A DNA stretch of 64,000 nt from Acanthaster planci. Taxonomy: Eukaryota. Of the stretch, positions 1 through 12,784 are shown piece after piece. Location: positions 1,733,599-1,797,598 of the forward strand of contig NW_019091360.1 of NCBI RefSeq assembly GCF_001949145.1, written 5' to 3'. Both the position numbers and the translations under genes were made by a program. The stretch's first letter is position 1, and each line of letters starts with the position of its first letter. The notes beneath the pieces are model-generated. The model saw nothing but the letters and a program-made list of their open reading frames with translations, ran no database searches and was not told where the DNA came from.

Positions 1-235
1 TACAGTGGCACTGCACATTTTATTTTTGTGGAACCAGTGAGTCCGAGCTTCCAGGAAGCCAGATTGGAGAATGGTACCCATCTCATCCTACAACCCTGTG
101 ACCCGGGTTCGGAGCTCAACAACGGCAGCTAACATAAGGAGTGGAGTGAGGAGTCAGAAATACACACTGGAGTGAACAAAACCTCTTGAAATTGGCCAGA
201 AAATCATGTGCTCTTATTCGAATGAAGAAACTTAC

Positions 236-321
236 TTTTTTGAAAAGCCCAAGAACTCTTGTTCAACGTGGACAGGGCCAACCCTTCAGAGGGCGTCTAT
301 GAAGGCGGTGTCTCCATCAAC
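236..321 (-). ncRNA. Paralogous exon copy C (86 nt)
   Basis: ttattttccctcag|GTTGAT...CAAAAAA|gtaagt; shares the intronic flank acctcttgaaattggcc with copy B. Confidence 0.6.
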
Positions 322-3300
322 CTGAGGGAAAATAAAAATAAAAAACTTGCGTGATTATTGATAATTTCATGGTGGACAAGAAATAAGCTACACCCTGAAG
401 CCTGTGCTGCACCTTTGTGGATCTTTCCAAAGTGCACCTCAGCAGGAAAACTGAAGGAAATCCAGAATAATATTCCACCCTGCTCAGACATCCTTAAATC
501 TGAGTGTATATTTAATAAAACCCAGATCAGCCTAGACAAGAATTTATAAATCTTCAAAGATGCTACTTACTTTTAGCATTTTCTGGGTGCCAAAAAGTGA
601 CACGACACCTGTATATAGACTAAAACTTGAGTTTCCTTCATTTTGCCCCCCCCCCAAGAAATTCAGAAATGTTTGATCAGGGTGCATATAAAGTCGATTT
701 AGCTGAATATGACAGGGCCAAGAGTCTGGATCGGCACATAGAAACCTTAACTCAAACGTAAAAAGTAATTTCAGTTTTATTCGCATGCGATCAATGTGGT
801 CTCTTTGCCAAAAGAAAAATGAGGTTTGGATATCGGATCATAATTTAGTTCCCGAATGTTATGAAGGCTGTGCAGATGCCAAATTGTTACAATCACAATT
901 ACTGCCAAAAAACACTACAATATTAAATTTTATTGCCATAAAAATTGTGAGAGTTTTTAATTCTCCTTTTACAACCCTTGCACAGCTGTGTTGCAGTTTT
1001 AGTCCGCTATCTGAAGTCATTCGACTGCACCACACTGAGCACAGAGCATGACCGGTACCCATTGAACACCTGATATACAGCAGATTGTACAAAATGTGAG
1101 CCATTACACAACAATGAACTTAGAGGGGTCCTTGTTTCCTGAAGTGAACGGCACTGAATTAATTCCCAATGTTGGATGAAATGAGGGGAGTCGTGACTGG
1201 AACACCAAGGATCTTCATCCTATTAAGAAATACTTTGCAGTCTAGTCCGTCGGCTTTTTTGACGGACATGAAAAGCCTGTAAATCCTAGCCACCTGGTAA
1301 TTAAAACAGCAAGTATACATGTAATAGTGAAATTCCTGCTACAATTTTTGAACAGATTCGTAAGTGGTGAAAGATGATAATAGTTACATATTGCAAACCA
1401 TAAGCACCAATGAAAAGAGATGTCTCACAGATTATCAGGTCCTGCAGTCAGCAGCTTTGAATGTCATTCCAATTAAAAACCAGCAAGTAAAATCAAGTAA
1501 AAACAGGAGCTTAAAAGGATCCAAGAAAGGATCCCAGACCATCATCCATTCAAAACTTGAACTATCGCATATTGATCAAGTGCGGTATATTTTGATAAAC
1601 CCAGGTCCAAAGCACTGATGAAAAGGACTTTCAGACATTCATCACTGTTTTATGGTGACATTTCAGAAATGTTTTAGTGCCTTATGGGCTGTTTGTATAC
1701 AGTATTTATGAGCCCCTTTAGGGACGTGCAACCCTTCGAGATATTTCTCTTCGTACTGAGGTTTGTCAACAGAAAATTTGTCAAACTAAATAATGTTCTA
1801 AAAAAGAAAACCACTCGAGATGTAAATTGCAGTTTGTGCTGGAAATCAAATACCCTGAGTTTTTAAATTTGATGTCATTTTGAGCGGGGATATCTCCAAA
1901 ACTAGCAGCATAAAAGCGCCTGAAAAAAAAAGGTCATGTGGCAAACATGGGCCCGTCCTATCACGTTCAATAATTTTGGGAAGAATGATTTCTAAATGAA
2001 ACCACCCTCAGAAACACTGTGTCCTCCTCAAATAATATTTTGGGAAAGTCACCCGGAGATGGGATAAAAGCAAATTTCATTAACAACCTTTCACTTCCGG
2101 TACTACCGTTTCCAGGTCTCCTTGTTCGTGCACGTTTGTTTTCATTCCCCGTGCTTACTTGAAAACAAAATTGTACAATGTTGTGAAGATCTACTTTCAT
2201 GCAGTGGATGGGTTCTAGATTCAGTCAACTTGACCTGACACAGTTCTTGTCAGCAAAGGTTTGATTAAAAGATAAAAGCGGAATATTGTTTTAAGTTTAT
2301 TTCCTTATAAATTACAAATTCCTCAAAATATATTGGTCCATTTTTATTTTGGCTATTTTAGTAATAGTTAATACCCAAAGACTACTTTAAAGTATAATTC
2401 CGTAACTGTTCATCTGTGTATGAGACCACTGCATTGGGCCATTCTTCATGTATTTTATATTTTCGGAAGCAGGATATTTCTCTTTTAGGTCAGGTAATGT
2501 TTCAATTTCTATAAATGGATATGCTAGCAAATATTTTACAAAAGGCTTTTTTACAAGTTGAGATTTTAAGAAGAAACTGAATGAAAAATATTACAAATTC
2601 TAAAATCTGTACACGTTATTTTTCCGATCCAAGGGTTCCGGATGCGCACCATCAGGGGTCAACTTTCAGGCCCTATGATCATCATGTGTGGAGAGTGGTA
2701 ATGCGACAAAAAATAGCATTCTCAATCTTGTTAAATATTGTGCACTTTTACATCAAAATAAACAAACGTATTGCACGCATAATGTATACTACTGATGAAG
2801 CCAAACTTACAGGTTATTTTCAGTGGCTGAAAGGGATGAGACCTGGCAAATATGCTGGATATTGTTGGAGTGATTTGAAACAATTAGAGAATGAAGAGAG
2901 GCAGACTTTCTAATAATTTTCTGTCAATTTTAATAATTTTCATTCTCTTTTGAGGGCTTTCTGAGGGGCTTTAAATTACATCGGTTGAAATTAAACTGAA
3001 TTGTCGTTGTTGTTGACAGAAGTTTGGGTTTCAAGTAATCTGGTACAAATATTTGGACTTAAAACTTTAAAGGAGTCCAACTCCCTTTGATTTGCACTGG
3101 TAGCCAAGCAATTTTTGTCCACACACTACATGCAGCCTGCCTACTTATCCCCAAATGGTAATTTTTATAAATTTGAAGGTGCAAGTTTGGAAGACGACAG
3201 ATAGAGTTGCGGGTTGGTTCATCTTTTGAGGAGCAAGCTACATTCATATCCAATCCAAGAAAAGATCGCCCAAAAGATCAAAATTATCAGAACATTCTAA

Positions 3301-5151
3301 TGGAAATTTCTGCTGCTCGGCCAAAAACCAAGATCATTTTTTTTCTGTGGGTGGATTTTCCATTTTATTCATTCACAGTGAAGTGCAAAGTATCATCTTG
3401 TGACCATGCCCGTGTACACAGATAGCGGCTGGCTCATCGTAATACATGACAGGTGATACCAAGTGCTTGGAATATTAAACATGGACTGTACATGTATGCA
3501 TCGACCAATTTATCCGCTTTCACCTTTGAATACTTCTTGTGATGTGCAGGGATCTACATATTCCTTACATTTTGAACAGCAGTGCCTATCTTTAATCCTT
3601 TTACATGTAACTAAAGCAGATGTTCATGACACTATGATTGAAAGACAAGTTTCTCTGACTGAAATCATGTCACATGCATGTAATTTTAATCGGCAGGCAT
3701 GACAGATGTGAAATGCTCATCAACAGTGACAGTGGATGGCTAGCAGCTTCCTTTCACTTTCAAGCATGCAAGATTTGCAAAAAGCCTAAAACAAGATATA
3801 TCCAAATCATTATGAAGCAGGTTTTGGAAAGGTCAAATGGCTTAGCTATGAAAATCTGTAAACGGATTTGGAACTTTTTCGTTTAACCGTGTAAATGTCC
3901 CATCCTTAAGTGTCATCTTGGCCAACAAAACTTCAACTCAAAGATACGATGTGGGAATTTCAAGCTACACTGGGATATATTCAGGTACAAAATATCCTTT
4001 CCTCTTGACAAGGACGAAGTGTGACTTTAAGATAAACGGTGTTGGGAGTAATCCAATTTTGAGTTACATGTAATGATCAAGAGTTTACATATAAAAACAC
4101 ACGTAGATGGTGCAAGACTGCGACAGTAACTAACTAATATTTGTCCGTCCTTTTGTTTGGGTGTGTGGAAATACTGGCAGGAAATGTTTAGATATTACAT
4201 ATTGCAATTTCATAATATGGCATATTGTTCAAAGGATTGTCTAAAACAAAATTACTGCGGCAATCACATGGTGGTTAGTAGGGTGTTCATGTCTGCCCAG
4301 CATGCTGATGTTTAAGACTTTAATCATTTAACTCTGATCAATATTGAAATATGGGCACAATCGTTGGTGCTCAAGACATCAGGTCCCCCCCTCCCAAATT
4401 CATCAAACAGTGTGAAGTAACCTTTCGCTGCCTGAGCCTTAGGTACTAGACACAGTACTGAACCTAACACGGTTCAACAGATACAACTTGAATCTACAAG
4501 GGGATCGGTGTAATTATTGGCAAGCAACTGGACAGAATCTGTTCAACCCATCACTATATACATGTAGGTCATCAGTGTTAAAGTCATTTGAGTCATCAGA
4601 GTCATTTGGTATGGATAGAGATCTCTCCAGCATACGAGTGACTTGCAGTGCTGAATGGTGCCAAACCTGACACAATAAGCGCAGTCAAACGTATGGTACC
4701 ATGAAGCAACCACGGCACTGAGTCACCGGCGCCACCGCTCCAACAAAATCCAACACCATCACCCCAGGGCTTTCTTCCTCAATCCAACACAGCTGAACAA
4801 CAAGTTCATAACGTGTGGCGATGAATCAGTCGAAACTTGACCAAACTTACACTTGGGACTTTGAGGGACTGGGGTTGGTTAATGTAAGACTGCTTACTTC
4901 AGGAAGTACGAACCCCCAAAATTCATAATTAACAAACGGCTCATATTTGTTCAAACCTGTCATATTCTTGAATCACAGACAATCTTTTTACCAGTTGCAA
5001 AATCATTCAGAAATATTGTCCATCAGCACAATTTTAAGTGTAATAAGTGCCAACCAACGGTGACTCGGGTTCGATTCCAGCCCAAGCCAGCAAGAGCAAC
5101 TGGATTTGAGCCCTTATCCAATTCCATGGGCTTTAACCAGAATCTTGACAA

Positions 5152-5500
5152 GTAATAATAAAAATAATAACAAGCACCTGTAAAGCGCCCTCTATCTAGC
5201 AAACCATTCCGAGGCGCTGTATTATCATTATCCCTGCACATTGGACTCGCACATCATCTGAACATTCCTGAAACCATCTCAGCTCCCTGGGGAGTATACT
5301 AGCCCGGTGCTGCCATTTTGGCGCAAACGGCTAAACTACAATATCTGCCCTCACAGGTACCCATTTACTCCTGGGTGGAGAGAGGCACCGTAGGGTAAAG
5401 TGACCTGCCCAGGATCACAACATGCTGCCACCAGCTGGATTCGAACCCCTGACCCTATGATCAGAAGGTAGAAACCCTAACCACTAGGCCACATGCCTCC
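5152..5500 (-). mobile_element. Full-length tRNA-derived SINE (SINE2) with L2-LINE-like 3' tail
   Basis: A box TGGCCTAGTGG (5491-5481) and B box GGTTCGAATCC (5447-5437); central TGCCTCTCTCCACCCAGGAGTAAATGGGTACC domain; 3' end GGGCGCTTTACAGGTGCTTG followed by a (TTA)n-like tail. Confidence 0.85.
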
Positions 5501-7204
5501 AAGTATCCAGGGTTTTCCCTCCAACCTCCAGAACTGAAGGTTTGTTTGTCTCATTCTCTCAACACATTTCTTAAGGCTTGTATAGGTACATGCATGTGAC
5601 AGTACAGTGGGGTGTGGTCAAGGAATAGTTGGTTTCATTGCCAGACATAAATACAGACTTTCCTGGCTGAATTCTTCATCTTTGCACATGAATTAGCGAC
5701 AGTGTCATTCCAATGAGCACGAAATAGACTGCCGATCTACATGTAGATCACCATTCAAAGAGCAGAACTGATCATTCAGTTTCAATCTATGAGCATGCGA
5801 TGGCACAATCTTGTTAGTCAAAACACGAAGGGTCGGCATTCAATTTGGGAACACACGCAAAAGCATTGAAATTCGCGCGAACACTCCCACGGTATGTGTG
5901 TTGGCATTCAGTTTCGTGAATCGGTAAGCATATGTGAGGTTCGGGCAATGCAATTTTACATTAAATCTTTGTTTTTTCTTTGTGACTAGTTTATGCAAAA
6001 TATTCCATGAAAAGAAATGTTTGGTTCACAGGTAGAGATCTCTATAAAAATAACGACTGATAATTTGCTAATTCATATTTTGTTTCTGTTTGAATTGTTA
6101 TGAAAAGAATAAATAACAGCGAGGTAAAAGTATTTATATAAAAAAATGGACAAAGTGGGCAAATCTCTAAAAAGGATGAGAAAAATAGAATGAAACTCGA
6201 AAGCAAAACATGACTTTAAAAAATGTGACAAAAAAAAGAAAACAAGCCATCGTTTAATATAATCCGAAAAATCTTAGTATACATGTACAGGACATGCACA
6301 TTTATGAAGAGCGAGTATACTGTGTGTCTTGTGTATATAAAATAAAGCAGTTACAAATCAGTAAACTGCATCTAAAGGAGTTTTCTGTGAGCATCCTTGA
6401 TGAAGGTCCAGGGAAACGTTTCATTTCTACATTTGATGAAACAGGCATTCAGAATTAGAGCAAATGGACTGTATTCTTGATGGGTAATTTGTTTGAGATA
6501 TAGAACAAATATGCACTCAAGTCAATACGTGGGACACACTCCTCGCGTGTCTTCTATTTGTAATCTCCCTTTCTGCTCTATATGCATCTTAATTTGAAGT
6601 ATATTCCCCTCACCTTGAAGTTTGTCACTTTGAAGGCTCAAAATGCAAACATGATTGCCAATAGACGAAAACGAAAGTGAAATTTGGGAGGAATTTCTCA
6701 CTCCAGTCATCCAGCGCAAAACCGCACTCTTCAACCGAATGAAATTAGCTCTAAATTGAATTTGTTACAAAGCACTATTCGACGCCTGTAAACGAATTTG
6801 AAAGCCGTACTGTATGAAAACGAAACATAAAAGCAACCAGCCTGTGAAAAAAAATTGTTGCAATACGAATGAACAATAAGGAATTTGACTGTGAAGAAGA
6901 CGAATTGGGCCAGGAAAACCTACAGGGGAAACATAGGAGAGTGACGATCCGCTGGCTACTGACTATGAACTGGCTGGCTTTTCAGTGTGTACTCATTCCT
7001 ACATGTGATTGTAGGTATTCCGGGCAAATCCTTTTTGGAATGCTCACATTATGAAAGTGGATCGATGGAACTAATGAAATCACGATATCAACGGATTGCT
7101 CATTTTAGTTTCATTTCAGTCAAAAACATGCACCAAAGTGAACCAAAAGACCTCTTGAAATTGGCCGAAAAAACATTTAGTACTACTTGCATGAAAAATC
7201 TTAC

Positions 7205-7294
7205 CTTCTGGACAAGTCCAGGAATTCTCGTTCCAGTTGTATGGGCAGAGCACTCCTTCTACAGATGTCTATGCAGGTAGTTTTTCTTGTCAAC
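7205..7294 (-). ncRNA. Paralogous exon copy B (90 nt)
   Basis: gcttcgccctcag|GTTGAC...CAGAAG|gtaaga; open only as a phase-2/2 exon (LTRKTTCIDICRRSALPIQLEREFLDLSR). Confidence 0.6.
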
Positions 7295-7469
7295 CTGAGG
7301 GCGAAGCAGAGGAAACGAGCAATGCAATAACATGTATGTATCTTTGATTGTGGATAAAAAAAAAAAATAAAGTTTCCCTTTCGCCCGTTGCTACACCTTC
7401 ATGAATCCTTCACAGCAAAAAAAACACAGCAGGGAGATTATCCGCCCCGAGCTGAAGTGCACCCCCAGT

Positions 7470-7676
7470 CAGCAAAAAGAAAGACGGGGGGTTACAAGCG
7501 GGTTCTTACACGCGTTCTGCGTCTACGCAAAAACCATACACGCTGGAGTAAATTAGTTATGCATACTCAGCATGCTCCGCATCAAACGCACATGTACATG
7601 TACTTGCGTGCCTCGTGGCACGCCTATGCGGTGAGTACCCAAACAACGCCCTTTTTTGTCCCGCTTGGAGCAGATA
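7470..7676 (+). repeat. Dispersed ~200-bp repeat copy (family unidentified)
   Basis: Inverted homolog of 9308-9517. Confidence 0.7.
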
Positions 7677-8499
7677 AGGGGAGATCCAAAGTAATGCTTC
7701 GAGTCCAGGTACAATTCAAACCAGACACCAATTTTCTGCTTTCTTAATACAGTAAAATCTTGTTAACTCACACTTTGGCAAACTTGAACCTCTGCTAACT
7801 TCAACCCTTCGTCATCACGTTATTGCACATGTATGAAACATTAAAAGTGGAAGACACATGTGCAATTTGTTCTTTCTTTATGGAAGTAGATTTTGAGGGT
7901 TTCAGAACTCACATTAACCATTTTCAAACAACTAAATTTTCTGCTACTAGAAATTTGGATTTTGACACATTTGAAGACACAAACCTCAACCAGCAGAAAA
8001 TGAGAATATTGGGTTGTCCACTTAAAGGACATCACAGTAATTTTTTCAGTGAGTATTTGAAGTTTCACGTAGTCCACTTTTTGGGTGCTTTAAGAATTGT
8101 CCGAGTAAAATCCACGTTTCTGCCAGCAGAAAATTGAGTTTTTTGAAAATGCTTGTCGCAAATTCTGAAACCCTTAAAGTCTCCTGGGAGATGAGAAACA
8201 CAGGTTATCAATTTTGGTGCTCCACAGTGAGCACATGAATACCCAGGCAACTCAAAACACCTAAAGCAATGGAGACCCAAAACTGCTACAGAATGGAGTC
8301 AGAAAGTAGAGAGGTTATCGTAGGACAGGTGTGGCGACGCCTTATTCCTTGCACACTTGATCAATTGAACTCTTGCACCAATTCTTCATACAAACACCAA
8401 GTTGGCTCATCAGGTTCTTTCTTGGTAGAGCAAATCTCACCCTCCTCTCTTCCACTTTTGATATCGTGTGCTGTTAGACATGATTCCGCGCCATTCTGA

Positions 8500-10600
8500 T
8501 AACCTATACCGAAGGATTCCTCAGGTCATCGGATCTCTGTCTCTAACTCCATTGACAGCAACGTCCTCGAGTCGGTCATCAAGAGAAAGCGGACTACTGC
8601 TGACAGTCCTGACTTTAAAGGTGAAGGCAGCAAGGAGCAGTGCCTTCACTGGAAAAAACTTGCCAGGCTAATGGATTGTGCCTTGGCCTCGTCAGAGGGC
8701 GGTCACCTTAATGCAGCTTGAGAGGCTCTCAATCAAGCCAGCTTTAGCTGGCCAGAAATTGATTACACTGGCTGATGGTTCCTCTCAACGCTGGGCTACG
8801 GTAAAAGAATACATCACAAATGACTTGGCAGATGACTCTGATGATGAGAAATGACTTTGGAAAGCAGAGAAAATGGTCAAAATAGCAGAGAAAATCATTT
8901 TGTTCCTTTTGTCCCTACAACTATACCGGCAAGAGTCCAGTACCCGCCTCAAGTGCCAATCGCTGGCCACGTTAGAACCAAGTGCCCTTCCCTTTGGTCT
9001 CTTTCTCCTGCAGACCCAGTGCCAATCACAGCCTTCAATCACCAACTCAGCCACAGCACACATGTAGGGTCTGGGAAGCATCCAAACAAGAACCAACCAT
9101 TTCTGTCCCAACCGGCGTAAAGGGTAAGGTCGAACCTTGCTTCTCATTTTAGCGAAACAGGATTAAGTGGAGCCCAGTTGTTCAAAAGGTCACTGCAAAT
9201 ATAAAATGCCGTTCCATAGTACCCTTCCTCTGCCAAACCATAATACTTTGGAATGTACACGTAGTCAGTTTGTTGAAAACAAAATTGAGGACCTGATTAC
9301 AAAGGGATGTATCCGCTCCGAGCGAACAAAAGAGGGGGTACTTGTAAATGAAACTGACGGTCCTTTTGGTACCAACTCACCACACAGGTGCGTGAGTATA
9401 TGCGCATTTGATGCGGAGCACGCAGAGTACACGCAACAAATTTATCCTGAAATGCATGGTCTTTGCGTCCACTCAGAATGCATGCAAGAACCCGGTTGTA
9501 ACCATCTGTCTTTCTTTCGGCGATTGGGGCCCACCCTAGAATGCACTGGACTGTCCTACTGAAGCAATCCTCATGACAGGTGCAGAAGGCAAAGTTACGC
9601 TAAGTGCTAGATCTCAAACGCTCAAATACATGTCAGTACTAGCCATACTGTCTCATCACTCCATTTCAACCTGTACAACTTCTCATTCAATTTGGAGTTT
9701 GATCACCATCATCTTGACATACTGTACATGTACATATTCTCACCTCATCAGAAATACCGCCACTACGGCTGGTTCCATAGCGATTCTGCCAAAAGATACA
9801 CTGTTATGGTCAGGTAATTAATTACACCCACTTTTATGCAACGAACCACTGAACCATGAGAGTGTGTATGCAATGCCTTACTACGCAATAAATCTCAATT
9901 CGAAACCAAGATTGCAATGAGCAACGTCGTGCTTTATTTAGCTGTTAAAACCAGTCGTAATATACATGTACAATACTTCAACAATTCTCCCTTTCTGTCT
10001 CAGCAGTGCCTGCCGTTTATTCACAAAACTATCATTAGGCCCCCTTGTTCATTATTGCCATCAGAACAGCACAATGGTGGTCATGTGATCTCATCTTGTC
10101 TCTCGATCGGAAGTCGGGCTTTCTATTTGTTTGCAACCTCATGACCAGTAGCGGACAGATTTGTCTCCAGCAAAACAAAGTGTTTAGGGGCACCCACCAA
10201 ACTATTCAGTAACTTGGGGCTCATAGTCGACTCCAACACATTTCGCTTCCAGGTACCGCCAAGAAAGATTCACAAAATTCTCGCATATCGGCTCTTCTAC
10301 AGTCACACCAGTCCGAGCAAGCCATTCCGGCCTGTACGAAACTTCGTCCGTTTTAGCGGTCACATGAACTCCTCTTCCTTGGCACTTGGCCCAGTTACAA
10401 AGTTCATGACCCGTTTGACATGTGTGTTCATGAACACATACACTACATACAGAGCTATTGAATCAAGCAGCTCATGGTTTACGGTTGTTCTTCCCATCCA
10501 TGCCGTTTCCAGACGTAAATTCTGTCTTGTTCACTTGTAGTGCCAAAATGGCTCTCCGGTACGAGACAGGCTAGTCCCTTCCTTAACTATTTACATACAC
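8500..10600 (+). mobile_element. Decayed tyrosine-recombinase retrotransposon (DIRS/Ngaro type): gag-like ORF1 and RT remnants
   Basis: 8753-8880 translates [39 protein letters not shown] (typical ORF1 motif, with an in-frame stop), preceded by FKGEGSKEQ. About 9200-9312 gives YKMPF...FVENKIEDLITKGCI (RT N-terminus). 10214-10480 gives LGLIVDSNTFRFQVPPRKIHKI...GHMNSSSLALGPVTKFMTR...SW (RT thumb/RNase H junction). Interrupted and frameshifted; ends approximate. Confidence 0.82.
9308..9517 (-). repeat. Dispersed ~200-bp repeat copy inserted in the DIRS RT remnant
   Basis: Its reverse complement aligns with 7470-7676 (ggttaca..cgggttctt, gctccgcatcaaa, cgct.ggagc.gata). It begins immediately after the RT codons for GCI. 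Confidence 0.7.
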
Positions 10601-11249
10601 ATATTCCAACACAATGTAGGCTACAGTGGTTACACATAAGGTATATTTACATGTATGCCAAAGGTACAGACAATCTTTGAGTCCAGGGCAACTGATTCTC
10701 AGGTGGTGAGAGTCAGTCCCAGCAGTAACACACTTATACATGTAGGCAGAGTCCATCACTTGCTATTTGTGCATCATGTTCCTTTGCGGCAACAAAATTA
10801 CTCAAAATCTAAAGAAGGACGCATGAACTTGCGGCTCAGTGAATACTGCATATTCTGAGAAAAACGTATCATAACATAGTATCTGAATTTTTGATTTCAG
10901 ATCAGAAGTTGCTGAGTCCTGTTTAAAGCTGCATTTGAATTCATAGCCTGGGAAAGCCTGAATTATAATTACCAAGTGTGCGTGTGTGTCGTGTCAAAGC
11001 TTGCACGTATTTCTAATGGCAATTTCCAAAAATGCATTTTTAGAGTTACACTATCGAGGCTTGTTTCAAGCAGATTCAAAAGAAAAGCGGCAGAAATCTT
11101 ACAAAGATTTAAAAAGTAAATTATTCATTAAACAATTCAAACGGAATAGAAATTTTCAACAGGGCAAGAAGTCTTGTTCATCTCTTCAATTTTGCCAAAT
11201 CGTGGCTAGAGATACTCCTCGATGTGAGAAGCTATTATATTGATCGTAA

Positions 11250-11390
11250 TGTATAATTGTGTATGTTATTGCAACTGATTTTGTATATGGTTTGTTCATC
11301 AACAATGTGCCAGTCGGTGCGACCGAATAATTGGATATTCAATCAAATTGAAGGTCAAATATTCGAATAGTGAATTATTATTCAGCCCTA
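11250..11390 (-). mobile_element. Partial second copy of the hAT-like MITE (left end, inverted)
   Basis: Reverse complement tagggctgaataataattcactattcg...gaacaaacc..tacaaaatcagttgcaataa aligns with 58260-58400. Confidence 0.75.
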
Positions 11391-12784
11391 TCGGAATTTG
11401 GGTGTGTTCCCCAAGCTGCATTCATGCGTCCCATTCCCATTCAATAAAGTCACTGATGTATATTTAAAAAGAGCTTTCTGACTAACGGAAAACAGTTCAG
11501 GGTCGTCACTTGCACTGAGTGCTTCTGCTTGTACATCGCTCTGGCCTCTTGCAATTCTGTCGTATGAACTTATTCCGATAAATCATAGATTTCCTCATCA
11601 TCTCCAGAGCCCACCTACCCTTCTTTCAAGACCCAACTGGCATCCCTAATCATCTCAGTCGTGCTGCCCTTACTTTTCAGTAAAGATTTTGTATGACTTT
11701 CACCTCTTATTTGGTGTGTTGTTTAGTTCTTTATCCATTATTTAAACGTTCTTTGTGGAAAGTCTTTCGCTTGTCTCTTTGTGTGTTTTCCTTTTCATGG
11801 TAATAATGCATGGAAAGCCTGTATATATGGATCCCACATCTTCCACATTAAGTCTTCCGAACCATCGCTTCAAGCTATAAACCCTCGTATCTCTTTGTGG
11901 CCGGCGGGCATCTCTGCTGTATTCTGTTCTATCTTGTCAGCTGTCATATACCTCATCCATTCTGAGCAGTCAAGCAGTACCCACTATGTGTATATGGAGT
12001 CAACTCAACCAGTTGCTTATTCTTCCGGCAAAACAGCAGCAAGTTATAACAATGCTCTTGACACAAGGCAGGTCAACAGGAAACCAGCTCTTGTTCCTGT
12101 GTGACCTTCTTTGCTGAGATTAGATATTAATAAAAGCTATGGTGTGTACTTTTAATGCAGATCAACAGAATCCGTTTGACCAATTTGTTGTGGGTTTTAG
12201 GCATTATTAGAAATACATAAGATCTAACGTATGAGAAATGGAATTTTGGTTAAAACAGAATAAACAGTTTTTTGTGGTGACATGCAGGCACACAAGTTCG
12301 AATGGTAAGTTGTCCCTTGGACATCTTAGAGAGAGCGTGTTATCACGATCCCATCATGTGTTTTTGTAAAAGCATAATTATCTTTTAAAGCTTCTTTCTT
12401 TCAGAAGACAAACAATTAGGTGTAAACTGGAACATCAACAGTACAGGTAGTTTAAAAAAGGATATTATGTACATGTACCTGGTACAAACATGTATTTCAG
12501 CTTCAAATGCCCTTTTTTTAAACAATGATTTCTGTGTCACATACATGTAGTATATGCTTCTTTAATGAACTAATTTCATTTAAGGTCTTTTTGAGTCAAC
12601 CCATTTTTTGTAAGGTAATGACTGCAGAACTGTCAAAGATGTCTGTCATGTTAAAAATCAAGTGCGACAATTATTATGTCAATCATTGTTGGTTTAGCAC
12701 AGTTTTGAATTGATAATCAGTGGAATCAGTCTTTAGCAAAAAAAGCGGTTTGTGTCGCATTTCCTCAAAGGCTAGAGGGGAACT

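Noticed and set aside
5430..5500. tRNA gene
   Set aside because: A and B boxes are present, but the sequence continues into a SINE body and tail; it is a SINE head.
11497..11602. C/D box snoRNA (ATGATGA ... CTGA on the minus strand)
   Set aside because: No convincing terminal stem or recognisable rRNA-complementary guide, and it appears to lie in exon-like sequence.
11781..12104. DIRS tyrosine recombinase remnant (YGSHIFHI resembling HSxRxG)
   Set aside because: Only a short resemblance, lacking the catalytic Arg and other motifs; insufficient support.
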